This document shows, in pieces, positions 8,067-16,164 of a stretch of DNA of 20,000 nt. A model generated the notes under the pieces. That model saw only the letters and a program-made list of their open reading frames with translations. It was not told the DNA's origin and did no database searches. Source of the stretch: an uncultured virus (IMG/VR IMGVR_UViG_3300042309_000903) (lineage: Duplodnaviria > Heunggongvirae > Uroviricota > Caudoviricetes); IMG/VR virus record IMGVR_UViG_3300042309_000903. One strand, given 5' to 3'. Position 1 is the stretch's first letter, and each line of letters begins with the position of its first letter. The position numbers were made by a program, and so were the translations under genes.

Positions 8067-8334
8067 TTTCTTCCGTATTAAGTTCCATATCTCTGAGGCC
8101 TAACGCCTTAGCAATCATATCATCGGCATCTTCATCAAAAACAAAGCCTTCAGAACGCTTCCATAGCCCCAACACAAACCCAGGCTTAGTAAAGGGAAAA
8201 CGAAATACTAGGCATATTTTGCTTTGTCTAAAAGGGTGCTCTGTCTCTTGAGTCCAGCCTTTTTCTACCACAGGTAACAAATTACGGTGGTAGTACTGAA
8301 GTACGTCTACGTATAGTGGTCCAATTGATTTCAT
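8047..8334 (-). CDS. Hypothetical protein
   Basis: Likely start is ATG 8334 (MKSIGPLY), just after the KTSC gene stop. Confidence 0.7.
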   Translation of the reverse strand: MKSIGPLYVDVLQYYHRNLLPVVEKGWTQETEHPFRQSKICLVFRFPFTKPGFVLGLWKRSEGFVFDEDADDMIAKALGLRDMELNTEEIGDWRV

Positions 8335-8335
8335 A

Positions 8336-8836
8336 TCAGTTTGCTGCGAAGCCTCCGCCATCTCCGTACATATAACTAGCAAATGTTTTAATGTCGTTAA
8401 GCTGAACTCTCTGGTCTCTTGGCATTCCAGCTGGGTCAGCTAATCCCATTTTAGGCCATCTATTGAGGCCAGAACTTTCTAAGTATTGACCCTTTGACTC
8501 TGAAAGAACAAAACCATCCCACAGGTACTGTGGAACATCGTAGTAGTTCCACCAAGTGCCATCCCTAAAAACTACAGTTAAAGTTTGAGTATTTGCGTCG
8601 TATCCAGCTTTTAGTGTTCTTGGTTTTTTAGGGTTCGAGGTTGTTGTTGCCCTTAAGTTATACGCAGATATAACTTGATACTTTGAAGTTATTTCTGCTT
8701 TTTTTACTTTTGATGACGGGTTAAATAGATACTCATCAAGGGTTGGAAGGTTAGAGGCTCCAGAAGGTTGACCTATTTGATATCCGCCAAGTAGCACGTC
8801 AATACTAGGTACTTGGGCTCTTTTTCTTGGGGTCAT
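8336..8836 (-). CDS. KTSC domain-containing protein
   Basis: AGYDANTQTLTVVFRDGTWWNYYDVPQYLWDGFVLSESKGQYL matches the KTSC pattern (GYD....L.V.F..G..Y.Y..VP...W..F..A.SKG.Y). Confidence 0.8.
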   Translation of the reverse strand: MTPRKRAQVPSIDVLLGGYQIGQPSGASNLPTLDEYLFNPSSKVKKAEITSKYQVISAYNLRATTTSNPKKPRTLKAGYDANTQTLTVVFRDGTWWNYYDVPQYLWDGFVLSESKGQYLESSGLNRWPKMGLADPAGMPRDQRVQLNDIKTFASYMYGDGGGFAAN

Positions 8837-9102
8837 TAATCTTCCTTACAGGTATGGTCGCCTGTCTTATGCTCTAGAACTCGCTCGTTACACTCTGAGC
8901 ATGTTAGAACGCGGGCGCCCTTGAAGTTATTTTGAGCCGTTGACCCAATAGGAAAGTTACTTCCGTCTTCAGGTATCTCTGACTCATACTCAGTATTAAT
9001 TTTAGACTCTCTAAATAACTCTTGTGGAAACGGTCCAGAAGGGCTTGTAACCCTAGAAGGTATTGGGTGAGCCTGGGCCGCTTTCACGCGGGTTACTTTC
9101 AT
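8836..9102 (-). CDS. Hypothetical protein with a C-terminal Zn-finger-like motif
   Basis: CSEC...HTC motif; start/stop overlaps with both neighbours. Confidence 0.7.
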   Translation of the reverse strand: MKVTRVKAAQAHPIPSRVTSPSGPFPQELFRESKINTEYESEIPEDGSNFPIGSTAQNNFKGARVLTCSECNERVLEHKTGDHTCKED

Positions 9103-9329
9103 TCTGTTGGTTCTTCAGTAACTTCTTCTACAACTGGGTCTTCAGTTTTTTTCTTAGAAGACTTCTTAGGTGTTGTCTCTTCTGCTGAAACAAAAGCTAA
9201 TGGAAAGTGACCAGCAGTCGCACGTTCACGAAGGTGCTTTGGTAGGCACTGGGTGCAATAGTCGACAGGGTTTACCCCAGCATCGGCTACTGTATAGATT
9301 GCATGGTTGTCGCAGTTAACGCATTTCAT
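9099..9329 (-). CDS. Small Zn-binding protein (CxxC...CxxC) with a charged tail
   Basis: Start ATG 9329 after GGAGG; MKCVNCD...YCTQCL. A -10-like TACACT lies at 9349-9354. Confidence 0.75.
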   Translation of the reverse strand: MKCVNCDNHAIYTVADAGVNPVDYCTQCLPKHLRERATAGHFPLAFVSAEETTPKKSSKKKTEDPVVEEVTEEPTE

Positions 9330-9358
9330 AGTAATTCCTCCTTCTTTAAGTGTACAAC

Positions 9359-9390
9359 AAAAAAGGGAGCAGCACATAGCTGCTCCCTTA
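9359..9390 (-). terminator. Intrinsic terminator after the holin
   Basis: AAGGGAGCAGC-TATGT-GCTGCTCCCTT followed by TTTT. Confidence 0.85.
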
Positions 9391-9401
9391 GTTGTAGGTA
9401 T

Positions 9402-9692
9402 TTATTTCTTTTTTGGAGCCTTTTTAGCCACAGAGGCTTCTACTGCAAGTTTCTTAGTAATTTCCGCAAGGCCAATTGCTGCTACTCGGCCAAACGCTGG
9501 GTCCTTCTTATTGATATAGCGAAGGGCTGTTGGGACCAAAGATGCCCACAGAGCGTTAGCTACTAGTAGCCACTCACCTGAACCGAAATCCAAAGGTGTT
9601 GCTGCTCCGCTTGTTTGCATGACAATCATTACTGCGCCAATAACCTGACCAAGCAAGTTACGTGCGTAGGATTCAATCATTGCTTTATTCAT
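9402..9692 (-). CDS. Putative holin
   Basis: 96 aa with two hydrophobic segments, a 'LRYINKKDPAFGR' motif and a basic C-terminus. Confidence 0.65.
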   Translation of the reverse strand: MNKAMIESYARNLLGQVIGAVMIVMQTSGAATPLDFGSGEWLLVANALWASLVPTALRYINKKDPAFGRVAAIGLAEITKKLAVEASVAKKAPKKK

Positions 9693-9937
9693 TTTTCTCC
9701 TTCTTCTACGTGCTGGTCGAAACGACCCTCAAGTCTTGCTAATGATACACGAACCTCTGTCATGTCCGTAGCAATTCGATTAATCGCATCTTTTAGCGAT
9801 GAGCCCCCATTAGGCTTAAGCTCTGACAGGTAGTGTTTAATTGTCCAACGGATACCTACAATTACCGCGGCGCCTACGCCTAATACAGTAGAAGATAAAG
9901 CCGCCCAGTCTTGTACGCTCAAGGTGTATCCGTTCAA
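9689..9937 (-). CDS. Single-TM membrane protein with coiled coil (lysis-cassette type)
   Basis: N-terminal TM, then 'LSELKPNGGSSLKDAINRI' and a heptad-rich tail. ATGA overlap with the holin; start may be TTG 9922. Confidence 0.7.
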   Translation of the reverse strand: MNGYTLSVQDWAALSSTVLGVGAAVIVGIRWTIKHYLSELKPNGGSSLKDAINRIATDMTEVRVSLARLEGRFDQHVEEGEK

Positions 9938-10060
9938 TAGGTGTGACGTATATCATAGAACGGTAACAATAATAATACCGCTTTTAATTAAAATATTATT
10001 AAATATTTGTGCTTAAACTTGCATTTAAATGTATTTATGAATAAAAATTATTGGTTCAAC

Positions 10061-10096
10061 TTGACACAGCATGTAACTCTGGTGTTTCCTAGAACA
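10061..10096 (+). promoter_or_regulatory. Putative promoter of the transglycosylase gene
   Basis: Perfect TTGACA at 10061 downstream of a very AT-rich tract; the -10 is poorly defined. Confidence 0.4.
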
Positions 10097-10144
10097 TGAC
10101 AGGGCCACTCACAAGGTGGCCTTTGCCTACTGAGAGGAGCAGAA

Positions 10145-10687
10145 ATGCTTAATATCAGAAAAGATAAGCTAGACAAGATAGCGGTACTTGCAATTTACGG
10201 ATTGCTGATTGGAGGGTTTCCCTACGCGATTGCTAAAGCAAACGCTGAGGAGCCAGTCCAGCCGGTAGTTCAGCAAGTTCCTGTGGACCCGCTAGAGAAG
10301 TACAAAGGAGTAACAAAGTTGTCGGACACTGATTTAGTAGGACTGCTTAGCGCGGTTGGTTTTGAGGGAAAAGCTCTCAAGGTCGCCTATGCAGTAGCTA
10401 AAAAAGAGTCTAACGGCCGCCCCTTAGCCCACAATGGAAACCAAAATACAGGTGACAATTCTTACGGCATATTCCAAATCAACATGATTGCTGACCTTGG
10501 AGTGGCTCGTCGAGATAAGTTTAACCTCAAATCAAACACTCAACTCTTCGACCCAGTTGTTAACGCAAAAATTGCGTTCTTTATGACTGGAGGAGGCGAA
10601 GACTGGTCCTCTTGGAAAATCGTTCCAGGCCAGAACAACGGAGAAAGATACCAGCAGTACCTAAAGGAGTTTGCTGGACTACACTAA
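10145..10687 (+). CDS. Exported or membrane-anchored lytic transglycosylase (SLT/lysozyme-like)
   Basis: N-terminal hydrophobic signal; catalytic AVAKKES, SYGIFQINM, LFDPVVNAKIA and DWSSW. GAGGAG RBS. Confidence 0.85.
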   Translation: MLNIRKDKLDKIAVLAIYGLLIGGFPYAIAKANAEEPVQPVVQQVPVDPLEKYKGVTKLSDTDLVGLLSAVGFEGKALKVAYAVAKKESNGRPLAHNGNQNTGDNSYGIFQINMIADLGVARRDKFNLKSNTQLFDPVVNAKIAFFMTGGGEDWSSWKIVPGQNNGERYQQYLKEFAGLH

Positions 10688-10698
10688 CCATTTAAACT

Positions 10699-10731
10699 AA
10701 AAAGCCCCCAGCCAATGGCTGGGGGCTTTTT
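10699..10731. terminator. Bidirectional intrinsic terminator between convergent genes
   Basis: Perfect inverted repeat AAAAAGCCCCCAGCC-AAT-GGCTGGGGGCTTTTT. Confidence 0.9.
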
Positions 10732-10741
10732 GCTTGGGTGC

Positions 10742-11803
10742 TTATGAAGCTGTTGCCCAAGGTGTGATTGTAATTGTTGCTGTTGTTGAGATTGATGAAG
10801 CGTTTGCAGCTGTTGACTGAGACTTGATTGTTCCAGCAACGCCCACGACTGTTCCAGCAGACAAGCCTGTGAGGGCAAGTACGGTTGAAGCAGAAGATAC
10901 GAATGAAACTGTGTTAGTTGCATTAGCTGTAACTGTGTATGTTCCGTTAAGAGCCGCTCCATCACCGGTTAGTGATGCAACTGTAATCTTTGTACCCACT
11001 GGGAAGGCAGCGCCTGCTCCGGTTGCTGTAAGAGTTGCAGTTGTTGAACCAGCTGTGCGAGCTGCTGCAGTTACTGAAATAGCTGCGTTAGTTGCTGCTG
11101 TAGCTGTAGTGATGTTAGCTGTCTCGTAACCAGCATCCTTAAGAGCGTCAAGCGCAAGAGCTGTTGTCTTACCAAGTACTGAAGGTACTACGATGTAAGC
11201 AATTCCAGCGCCATCAGCTGCTGAAGCAGCAGTTGTTGATTCAACCTTGCCGTACCACTGACCTGTAATTTCCCCAGCGTTTGCTGAGTTTGTTACTGTA
11301 AATGAAAGCGCATTTGCTGAAGCAACTGTTGCTGAGCTTAGGTTATACGCTGAAGCTGTTAGGCCTGTGATGTTTACGACATCTCCAGCCTGAAGATTGT
11401 TCTGCGCTGTGTATGTAACAGTTGTACCGTTACCTGTAGCAGCTGTAACCATGTACTTGCCAGCAGCTGGGTAGAACGATGGGTAATTAGCCCACTCTGC
11501 TTCTGCCACTGCGTGGTTTGAAAGTGCTGGGTCTAAGCGGTCTGCTGCAACACGTGTGGTTGCTCCCCAAGCGTAGTCTCCTGAGGAGTTAGCTGAGAAG
11601 TTTGCAGGAGTTACTGCTGCAGCACGCTCATCGTTTGGCTGCATTGGAAAGTTGCCCCATACAAAATCAGGAGCTACGTTGCCTGCAGAATCAGTACGGT
11701 TACCATTGTTAGTGTCTACTCCGACGTTGTTACCAACAGCAATGGCGTAAGCGCCCGTTGCTTGGTCTGAACCCACCGGTAGTGGTGAATTGTAACTTGA
11801 CAT
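10742..11803 (-). CDS. Ala/Thr-rich probable virion protein with two beta-rich repeats and a split PASTA-like domain
   Basis: VPSVLGKTTALALDALKDAGY ... GTIKSQS resembles PASTA halves. Two repeats of the form 'VTAA...TT.T.TA......G..I.V..LT.....N.T.TV' are present. Confidence 0.7.
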   Translation of the reverse strand: MSSYNSPLPVGSDQATGAYAIAVGNNVGVDTNNGNRTDSAGNVAPDFVWGNFPMQPNDERAAAVTPANFSANSSGDYAWGATTRVAADRLDPALSNHAVAEAEWANYPSFYPAAGKYMVTAATGNGTTVTYTAQNNLQAGDVVNITGLTASAYNLSSATVASANALSFTVTNSANAGEITGQWYGKVESTTAASAADGAGIAYIVVPSVLGKTTALALDALKDAGYETANITTATAATNAAISVTAAARTAGSTTATLTATGAGAAFPVGTKITVASLTGDGAALNGTYTVTANATNTVSFVSSASTVLALTGLSAGTVVGVAGTIKSQSTAANASSISTTATITITPWATAS

Positions 11804-11861
11804 TATTTACCTTTTTTTCTCTAGAGTGGTATTAACGCCTGATATCAGAGGCGCAAAGGCT

Positions 11862-11897
11862 ATTGTCTAATGGAAATACAGAGGTTGTCAGGCTTAA
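11862..11897 (-). promoter_or_regulatory. Putative phage-specific promoter (copy 3 of 4)
   Basis: TTAAGCCTGAC-N19-GACAAT. Confidence 0.5.
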
Positions 11898-12055
11898 TTC
11901 GAAGACTCTCCATTAGGGCCTTTACCAGGACGACTGTAGGTTCCAATACTAGGTGTTTCGTTTTTAGTTAAATATATTTTGCGTATGCCAAATCTACTGT
12001 CTCTAATTGTGGCAGGTTTAAACTTTGCATCATTTTCAAATGTTTTTTTTCTCAA
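11894..12055 (-). CDS. Small basic hypothetical protein (about 53 aa)
   Basis: Below the ORF-track cut-off: LRKKTFENDAKFKPATIRDSRFGIRKIYLTKNETPSIGTYSRPGKGPNGESSN. The TTG start overlaps the upstream TGA; alternative ATG at 12073. Confidence 0.5.
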   Translation of the reverse strand: MRKKTFENDAKFKPATIRDSRFGIRKIYLTKNETPSIGTYSRPGKGPNGESSN

Positions 12056-12204
12056 GGCGACCACCGATTCCATTGAAGGGCCTCTGTGTCTTTACCTTTA
12101 ATAGCGCCATCAGCTCTGGTAAGCGCGTCCCGAAAATCTCGGTCGCTAGGCTTGTCTAGTAAAGGTTTTTCTTTGTCAGTAGACTGGCTTAGGCGCGGCA
12201 TCAT
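12052..12204 (-). CDS. Small hypothetical protein (50 aa)
   Basis: MMPRLSQSTDKEKPLLDKPSDRDFRDALTRADGAIKGKDTEALQWNRWSP; fills the gap and overlaps both neighbours. Confidence 0.5.
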   Translation of the reverse strand: MMPRLSQSTDKEKPLLDKPSDRDFRDALTRADGAIKGKDTEALQWNRWSP

Positions 12205-12889
12205 AATTAGGTGCAGGTGAACCCGCTGGAGTTCCGCCCTTAACTGGGCCTTGGAATTGTCGACCTCTAGCTGTTTTATCTGGAGATGACGAAGCAGCTC
12301 TTGCGTAAGACCTTGTATAAGCAGCGTTCATCAACTTACCGTCTTCACCTGGCTCGTTAGCTTCTTCTGCAGTTATAAACCCTTTTCTAATTGCAGTTTC
12401 GACGTCGTTCTTTGTTGCTTTGCCCTTTTTAACTGGTGGAGTGCCAGTGTTTTCAGGTGGTGGAGGAGGAGGAGGAGTACCCGTATCAGTAGGCTTACTC
12501 TCTGGAGCAAACGCTGGGTTCCACCCAAATTTTTTGCCTATTAGGTCAGCGCTAGTTGCGTGTGGGTTAGCCTTACCGTATCTAGTTCCTTGGTCAATTG
12601 AACGCTCAGCAGTCCAGTCTTGCTGTTGCACATTAGCGTCAATACGACTTGACTCACGGTTAAATTTATCTACTTCAGCAGACTGATTACGTCCGTGCTC
12701 TAAAGCTGAATTTTGATTTGAAAGAAAAGCACCGTGAGACATTTCATCACGACGCATTTGCATGTATTGACGCATTTGACGGCTACTCATGCCGCTACCG
12801 CGTCTGCCCATACCGCCAAAGTATCTTCCAGCAGCGTTATCGCCTACACCTGAATTAAGGTTCATGCTTCCCTCCGGCATTGATGGCAT
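12176..12889 (-). CDS. Low-complexity Gly/Pro/Met-rich hypothetical protein
   Basis: 237 aa with a poly-Pro tract. No SD; the ATG lies 6 nt after a putative -10, suggesting a leaderless transcript. Confidence 0.75.
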   Translation of the reverse strand: MPSMPEGSMNLNSGVGDNAAGRYFGGMGRRGSGMSSRQMRQYMQMRRDEMSHGAFLSNQNSALEHGRNQSAEVDKFNRESSRIDANVQQQDWTAERSIDQGTRYGKANPHATSADLIGKKFGWNPAFAPESKPTDTGTPPPPPPPENTGTPPVKKGKATKNDVETAIRKGFITAEEANEPGEDGKLMNAAYTRSYARAASSSPDKTARGRQFQGPVKGGTPAGSPAPNYDAAPKPVY

Positions 12890-12895
12890 ATTAAT

Positions 12896-12930
12896 ATTGT
12901 TCCTGTTCTACTTAGGAAAGTCTGGCTAAA
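12896..12930 (-). promoter_or_regulatory. Putative phage-specific promoter (copy 4 of 4)
   Basis: TTTAGCCAGAC-N18-AACAAT. Confidence 0.55.
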
Positions 12931-13019
12931 CTAGGACGAAAATCTCCGCTAATCGGGTCAACAAAATCTTCCCAGCTAAACACTGGTTCTTTGTCGCATT
13001 GTCCGTCAGCGTACGCCAT
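12912..13019 (-). CDS. Possible microprotein (35 aa)
   Basis: MAYADGQCDKEPVFSWEDFVDPISGDFRPSLARLS; overlaps the end of the Zn-finger ORF. Confidence 0.35.
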   Translation of the reverse strand: MAYADGQCDKEPVFSWEDFVDPISGDFRPSLARLS

Positions 13020-13128
13020 AGTCTGATTCTAGATGCTTTTCTTCGCACATACGTGCTAAATCAGGAACAACGTAACGCTTATCGCATAAAGCGCAGGTAT
13101 AGCGCTTTATGCGTTCAGCATCGTCCAC
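13006..13128 (-). CDS. Zn-finger microprotein (40 aa)
   Basis: VDDAERIKRYTCALCDKRYVVPDLARMCEEKHLESDYGVR (C-x2-C-x12-C-x3-H). The GTG start overlaps the TAG of the CHAP gene. Confidence 0.65.
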   Translation of the reverse strand: MDDAERIKRYTCALCDKRYVVPDLARMCEEKHLESDYGVR

Positions 13129-13685
13129 TACTTACCGCAGGTTGGGCACTTAGCTGCTGCTGTAGCAGGTTTAGCTGCCCCCGCTGCTTTAAACTTTGGG
13201 CGACCAAAGCCGACGATTGAAATTTGCTCGCCAGCCTTGTTCTTCTTAAACGCACGAAGCTTCTTGGAAACTTGTCCGCCATTTCTCTGGCTTCCCTTTT
13301 TATCTGGGCTAGTGTTTCCTTCGATACACCAGACAGTTCCATCTTCGTTATCTTTGATAACAATTCCTACGTGAGAAATTCTATCGACGCCATCTGATGG
13401 GAAATCAAAATACGCAATATCGCCTGGTTCTGGGTCTGCGATGTCTCCATCAATCCAAGCACCAGCCTTCTTAAACGCTTGTGCACCACCAGGTGTGTAA
13501 ACGGTATTAGGGATTTTTACCCCAGCCTCATTACCGCACCAGTTGACGAAACTTCCGCACCATGGTTGGAAGTTAGCCTTTGTGTAAGCGCCGTACTTTG
13601 TTTCATTGTCCTTAGGACCTTCAATGGTTCCTAGTTCTGCTGTTGCAACTTCAATAAGACGAGCTGCTGTTCCTTGGTCTGCCAT
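13128..13685 (-). CDS. CHAP-domain peptidoglycan hydrolase (endolysin candidate)
   Basis: ELGTIEG..NETKYG, PWCGSFVNWC (catalytic Cys), PGDIAYFDF, SHVGIV (His) and IEGNT; C-terminal CPTCGK. Confidence 0.88.
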   Translation of the reverse strand: MADQGTAARLIEVATAELGTIEGPKDNETKYGAYTKANFQPWCGSFVNWCGNEAGVKIPNTVYTPGGAQAFKKAGAWIDGDIADPEPGDIAYFDFPSDGVDRISHVGIVIKDNEDGTVWCIEGNTSPDKKGSQRNGGQVSKKLRAFKKNKAGEQISIVGFGRPKFKAAGAAKPATAAAKCPTCGK

Positions 13686-14095
13686 TATTCTTTATCCCAA
13701 TCTGTATCAACTGGTTGCGCCTCTGGCATTGCGCCGTCTGGCTTTGCTGCTAAACGAGCAGCGGTTGCATCAATTTCTGCTTCAAGCTTCTTGTCAGCTT
13801 GGGTGTTCTTAGCATCCATCTCTTTGTTTTGAAGCTGAGCTGCCATAATGTCTTTAGCTCCAGAGTTTCCAATAAGGATGCCCGCAAGAGTTCCTGTAAT
13901 AAATGTAGCAATACTTCCCAAAACGTTGAAGAACATCTTGTCATTTTCTGACTGTGCTCCGATAGGTTGTGTTACGAACAACAAGCCATAAATAATTCCA
14001 ATTGCTGTTAGGAACAAAATGCTTCCTAAGGTAATACCTAGGATGAACTTTAAGCGTGCATCTAAATCTGCCGGTGTTAATTTTTCTTTACTCAT
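13685..14095 (-). CDS. Two-TM membrane protein with a coiled-coil tail
   Basis: Hydrophobic segments FILGITLGSILFLTAIGIIYGLLFV and VLGSIATFITGTLAGILIG. Likely start ATG 14095; TAATG overlap with the CHAP gene. Confidence 0.8.
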   Translation of the reverse strand: MSKEKLTPADLDARLKFILGITLGSILFLTAIGIIYGLLFVTQPIGAQSENDKMFFNVLGSIATFITGTLAGILIGNSGAKDIMAAQLQNKEMDAKNTQADKKLEAEIDATAARLAAKPDGAMPEAQPVDTDWDKE

Positions 14096-14327
14096 TTGGT
14101 GTGCCACTTTCTACGGTAGTTCCGTCGGTTGTTTTACCTAGTAGGTCTTTCGTGCATAGCCCGCTTGCTTCACAAACAGGTGGATTACATTCTGCTTTTT
14201 CCCAGTTTACAGGGTCTTGGCATGGATAACGGTATCTATTCAAACCTTCTGGGTTACTGCATGCCGTAAGGGACATTGCCAGTAGCACAGCAGATACTGC
14301 TGCCAAACTTACCTTAACTTTTCTCAT
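14088..14327 (-). CDS. Small Cys-rich lipoprotein
   Basis: Basic N-terminus, hydrophobic core and lipobox L-T-A-C. The mature part has four further Cys (YRYPCQDP..W..AECNPPVCEASGLCTKDL). Confidence 0.78.
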   Translation of the reverse strand: MRKVKVSLAAVSAVLLAMSLTACSNPEGLNRYRYPCQDPVNWEKAECNPPVCEASGLCTKDLLGKTTDGTTVESGTPNE

Positions 14328-14494
14328 TCTTCGTCCTTTGGGTTACGGAGTGGGTAGGTGACTGCCCACGCAAATAATGTTCCCATAATTGCGTACCCCA
14401 CAACTGTCTTAGCTGAACCGTCTAGTACAACCCAGGCGATAAACATTCCTAGTAGCGTCCATAGTTGGTCAACCATATCTCTTAGTACTCTCAC
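14324..14494 (-). CDS. Two-TM microprotein (56 aa)
   Basis: Missed by the ORF track: [60 protein letters not shown] overlap upstream and ATGA overlap downstream. Confidence 0.78.
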   Translation of the reverse strand: MRVLRDMVDQLWTLLGMFIAWVVLDGSAKTVVGYAIMGTLFAWAVTYPLRNPKDEE

Positions 14495-16164
14495 GGTTTT
14501 CTCCTATATCCTGATTGTCCAGAGGCGCCTCCGCCCCCAGTACTTCCTCCCGTTGAACCGCTTGCAGCACCTGCAGCAGCACCAACAGCATTTATCGCAG
14601 CACCTGCCGCAATAACTGTTGCAACAACAGCTTTTGTTGATTCTTCGCGCTCTTCGGTGGACATGTCCGCACCAATACTTGCAAATGCTTGCAGTGCCTC
14701 ACCTGGGTCGCTAAATATTGCGCCAATTAATTCTGATGGGTTCTCTAGTAAAACTAGAGCCGCAGCTACATCTGCTGTAATTATAACTTCGTTACCGTCC
14801 TCATCCTGCCTAACCTCAACAGGAGTCTCGGCTGGAAGGTCCTTATACTCAATACCAGCATCTTGAATCTGCTCTTTTGTAAGAGCTTCTCCAGGGGCTA
14901 GTGATTCAATAAGCGCGTCAGCAATAACCTCTTTTTCAGCGGTAGTTAATTTTCCATCAGCAAGCGCGTCCTCGACAGCATCCTCTACAGATGGTGTACT
15001 ATTTGAGGATGATTCTTCTGACGGATTTTCTGGCTCTGGCTCTGGTAACACTGGTTGTTCTCCTTCTTCCACGGGTGGTTCGACTTCCGAAGGAGTCTCC
15101 TCGTCTACTACGGGCGGCTCTTCGGGCTCTACCACTACTGGTGGGACTTCTATGGGTTCTGATGGCGTTTCTGTATCAATGGCAGGGTCGGTAGATGGCT
15201 CTGGACCAGGCTCAGGCGAAGGCTCTGGAGTTGGTTCTGGAACAGGCTCGGGCTCAGGTCCGGGCTCTGGAGAAGGCTCAGGACTTGGTTCAGGAACAGG
15301 CTCGGGAACAGGTTCAGGCTCTGGGATTGGCTGTGGTGAAGGCTCAGGCTGTGGTGAAGGCTCTGGCTGAGGTTCGGGTGTTGGCTCAGGTGACGGAGTT
15401 GGATTTGTGGGGGCCGGGTCCACTGGTGGAGTTGTAGGTGTTGGAGTTGGTATTGGTTCTGGTTCCACTGCTGGTGGGATTGTTGGTATGGGTGTTGGTT
15501 CGACAGGAACAGGAGTAGGCGATGGCTCAGGATTTGGGGATGGCTCAGGAGACGGCTGAGGCGTTGGACTCGGCTGCACAGAAGGCTCTGGGGAAGGTTC
15601 AGGAGTTGCAGAAGGCGTTGGAGAAGGTGAAGGCTCTGGAGCTACGGGTGTCGGAGTTGGAGATGGCGTTGGACTCGGCTCGGGCGAAACTGATGGTTCG
15701 GGAGTAGGTGATGGGCTAGGTGTGGGTTCAGGGGTTGAAGTTTGTGTTGGGGTTGGCTCTACTGTTGCTGTTGGCGTATCTGATGGCGAAGGGCTTGGAG
15801 TCGGAGTTGTTGCAGTAGATGTATCAGAAGTTGTAGGTGTTGGGCTTGGTTCAATTGGTGTTGGCACTACTCCGTTGTAATAGCGAAGAGGCCCATCAGG
15901 AACAGTTGTTGAAACAAAAATTGGAAACCCGTTAGAAAATCCGCCTGTGCAGAAAAGCGCAGCAATATCACCTTTACCATTAAAAAAGGCTTGTGAATTA
16001 TCCCAACCAACATTAGAAACTTTTTGAGTGCCATCATCTTTGGCGCAGGTAATTGTTGTTCCTGCAGGGGTCATCTCTGCGTAAGCTGGGTTTGGGAATA
16101 ATAAAGGAAAGAAGGCTGCGGATGTTAAAACAGATAGTGCTGCGAATAAGCGCAAGCGTTTCAT
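14491..16164 (-). CDS. Exported Pro/Thr/Ser/Glu-rich cell-surface stalk protein with a C-terminal membrane anchor
   Basis: Sec signal (MKRLR...PAYA|E), a ~70-aa domain with two Cys, ~280 aa of PT/PS/PE repeats, an acidic helical domain and a hydrophobic tail ending YRRKP. Confidence 0.85.
   Translation of the reverse strand: MKRLRLFAALSVLTSAAFFPLLFPNPAYAEMTPAGTTITCAKDDGTQKVSNVGWDNSQAFFNGKGDIAALFCTGGFSNGFPIFVSTTVPDGPLRYYNGVVPTPIEPSPTPTTSDTSTATTPTPSPSPSDTPTATVEPTPTQTSTPEPTPSPSPTPEPSVSPEPSPTPSPTPTPVAPEPSPSPTPSATPEPSPEPSVQPSPTPQPSPEPSPNPEPSPTPVPVEPTPIPTIPPAVEPEPIPTPTPTTPPVDPAPTNPTPSPEPTPEPQPEPSPQPEPSPQPIPEPEPVPEPVPEPSPEPSPEPGPEPEPVPEPTPEPSPEPGPEPSTDPAIDTETPSEPIEVPPVVVEPEEPPVVDEETPSEVEPPVEEGEQPVLPEPEPENPSEESSSNSTPSVEDAVEDALADGKLTTAEKEVIADALIESLAPGEALTKEQIQDAGIEYKDLPAETPVEVRQDEDGNEVIITADVAAALVLLENPSELIGAIFSDPGEALQAFASIGADMSTEEREESTKAVVATVIAAGAAINAVGAAAGAASGSTGGSTGGGGASGQSGYRRKP
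15030..15865 (-). repeat. Degenerate tandem repeats encoding PEPS/PTPT/PEPV
   Basis: Recurring GGCTC(A/T/G)GG and GGTTC units; protein-level 2-6 aa periodicity. Confidence 0.85.

Noticed and set aside
10090..10144. c-di-AMP (ydaO) riboswitch before the muralytic gene
   Set aside because: The leader is only ~50 nt and lacks the multi-stem ydaO architecture.
13685..14327. Classical Rz/Rz1 spanin pair
   Set aside because: The lipoprotein gene lies upstream rather than nested, the partner has two TMs rather than one plus a periplasmic coil, and the inferred host lacks a Gram-negative outer membrane. Kept only as an analogy.
14991..15707. Plus-strand Gly/Ser-rich and Ala/Gln-rich ORFs
   Set aside because: Antisense by-products of the Pro-repeat coding sequence, with no RBS or promoter.
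15030..15865. Repeats considered as a CRISPR array or satellite
   Set aside because: The units are degenerate codon-level repeats in an open frame, with no constant repeat/unique spacer pattern.
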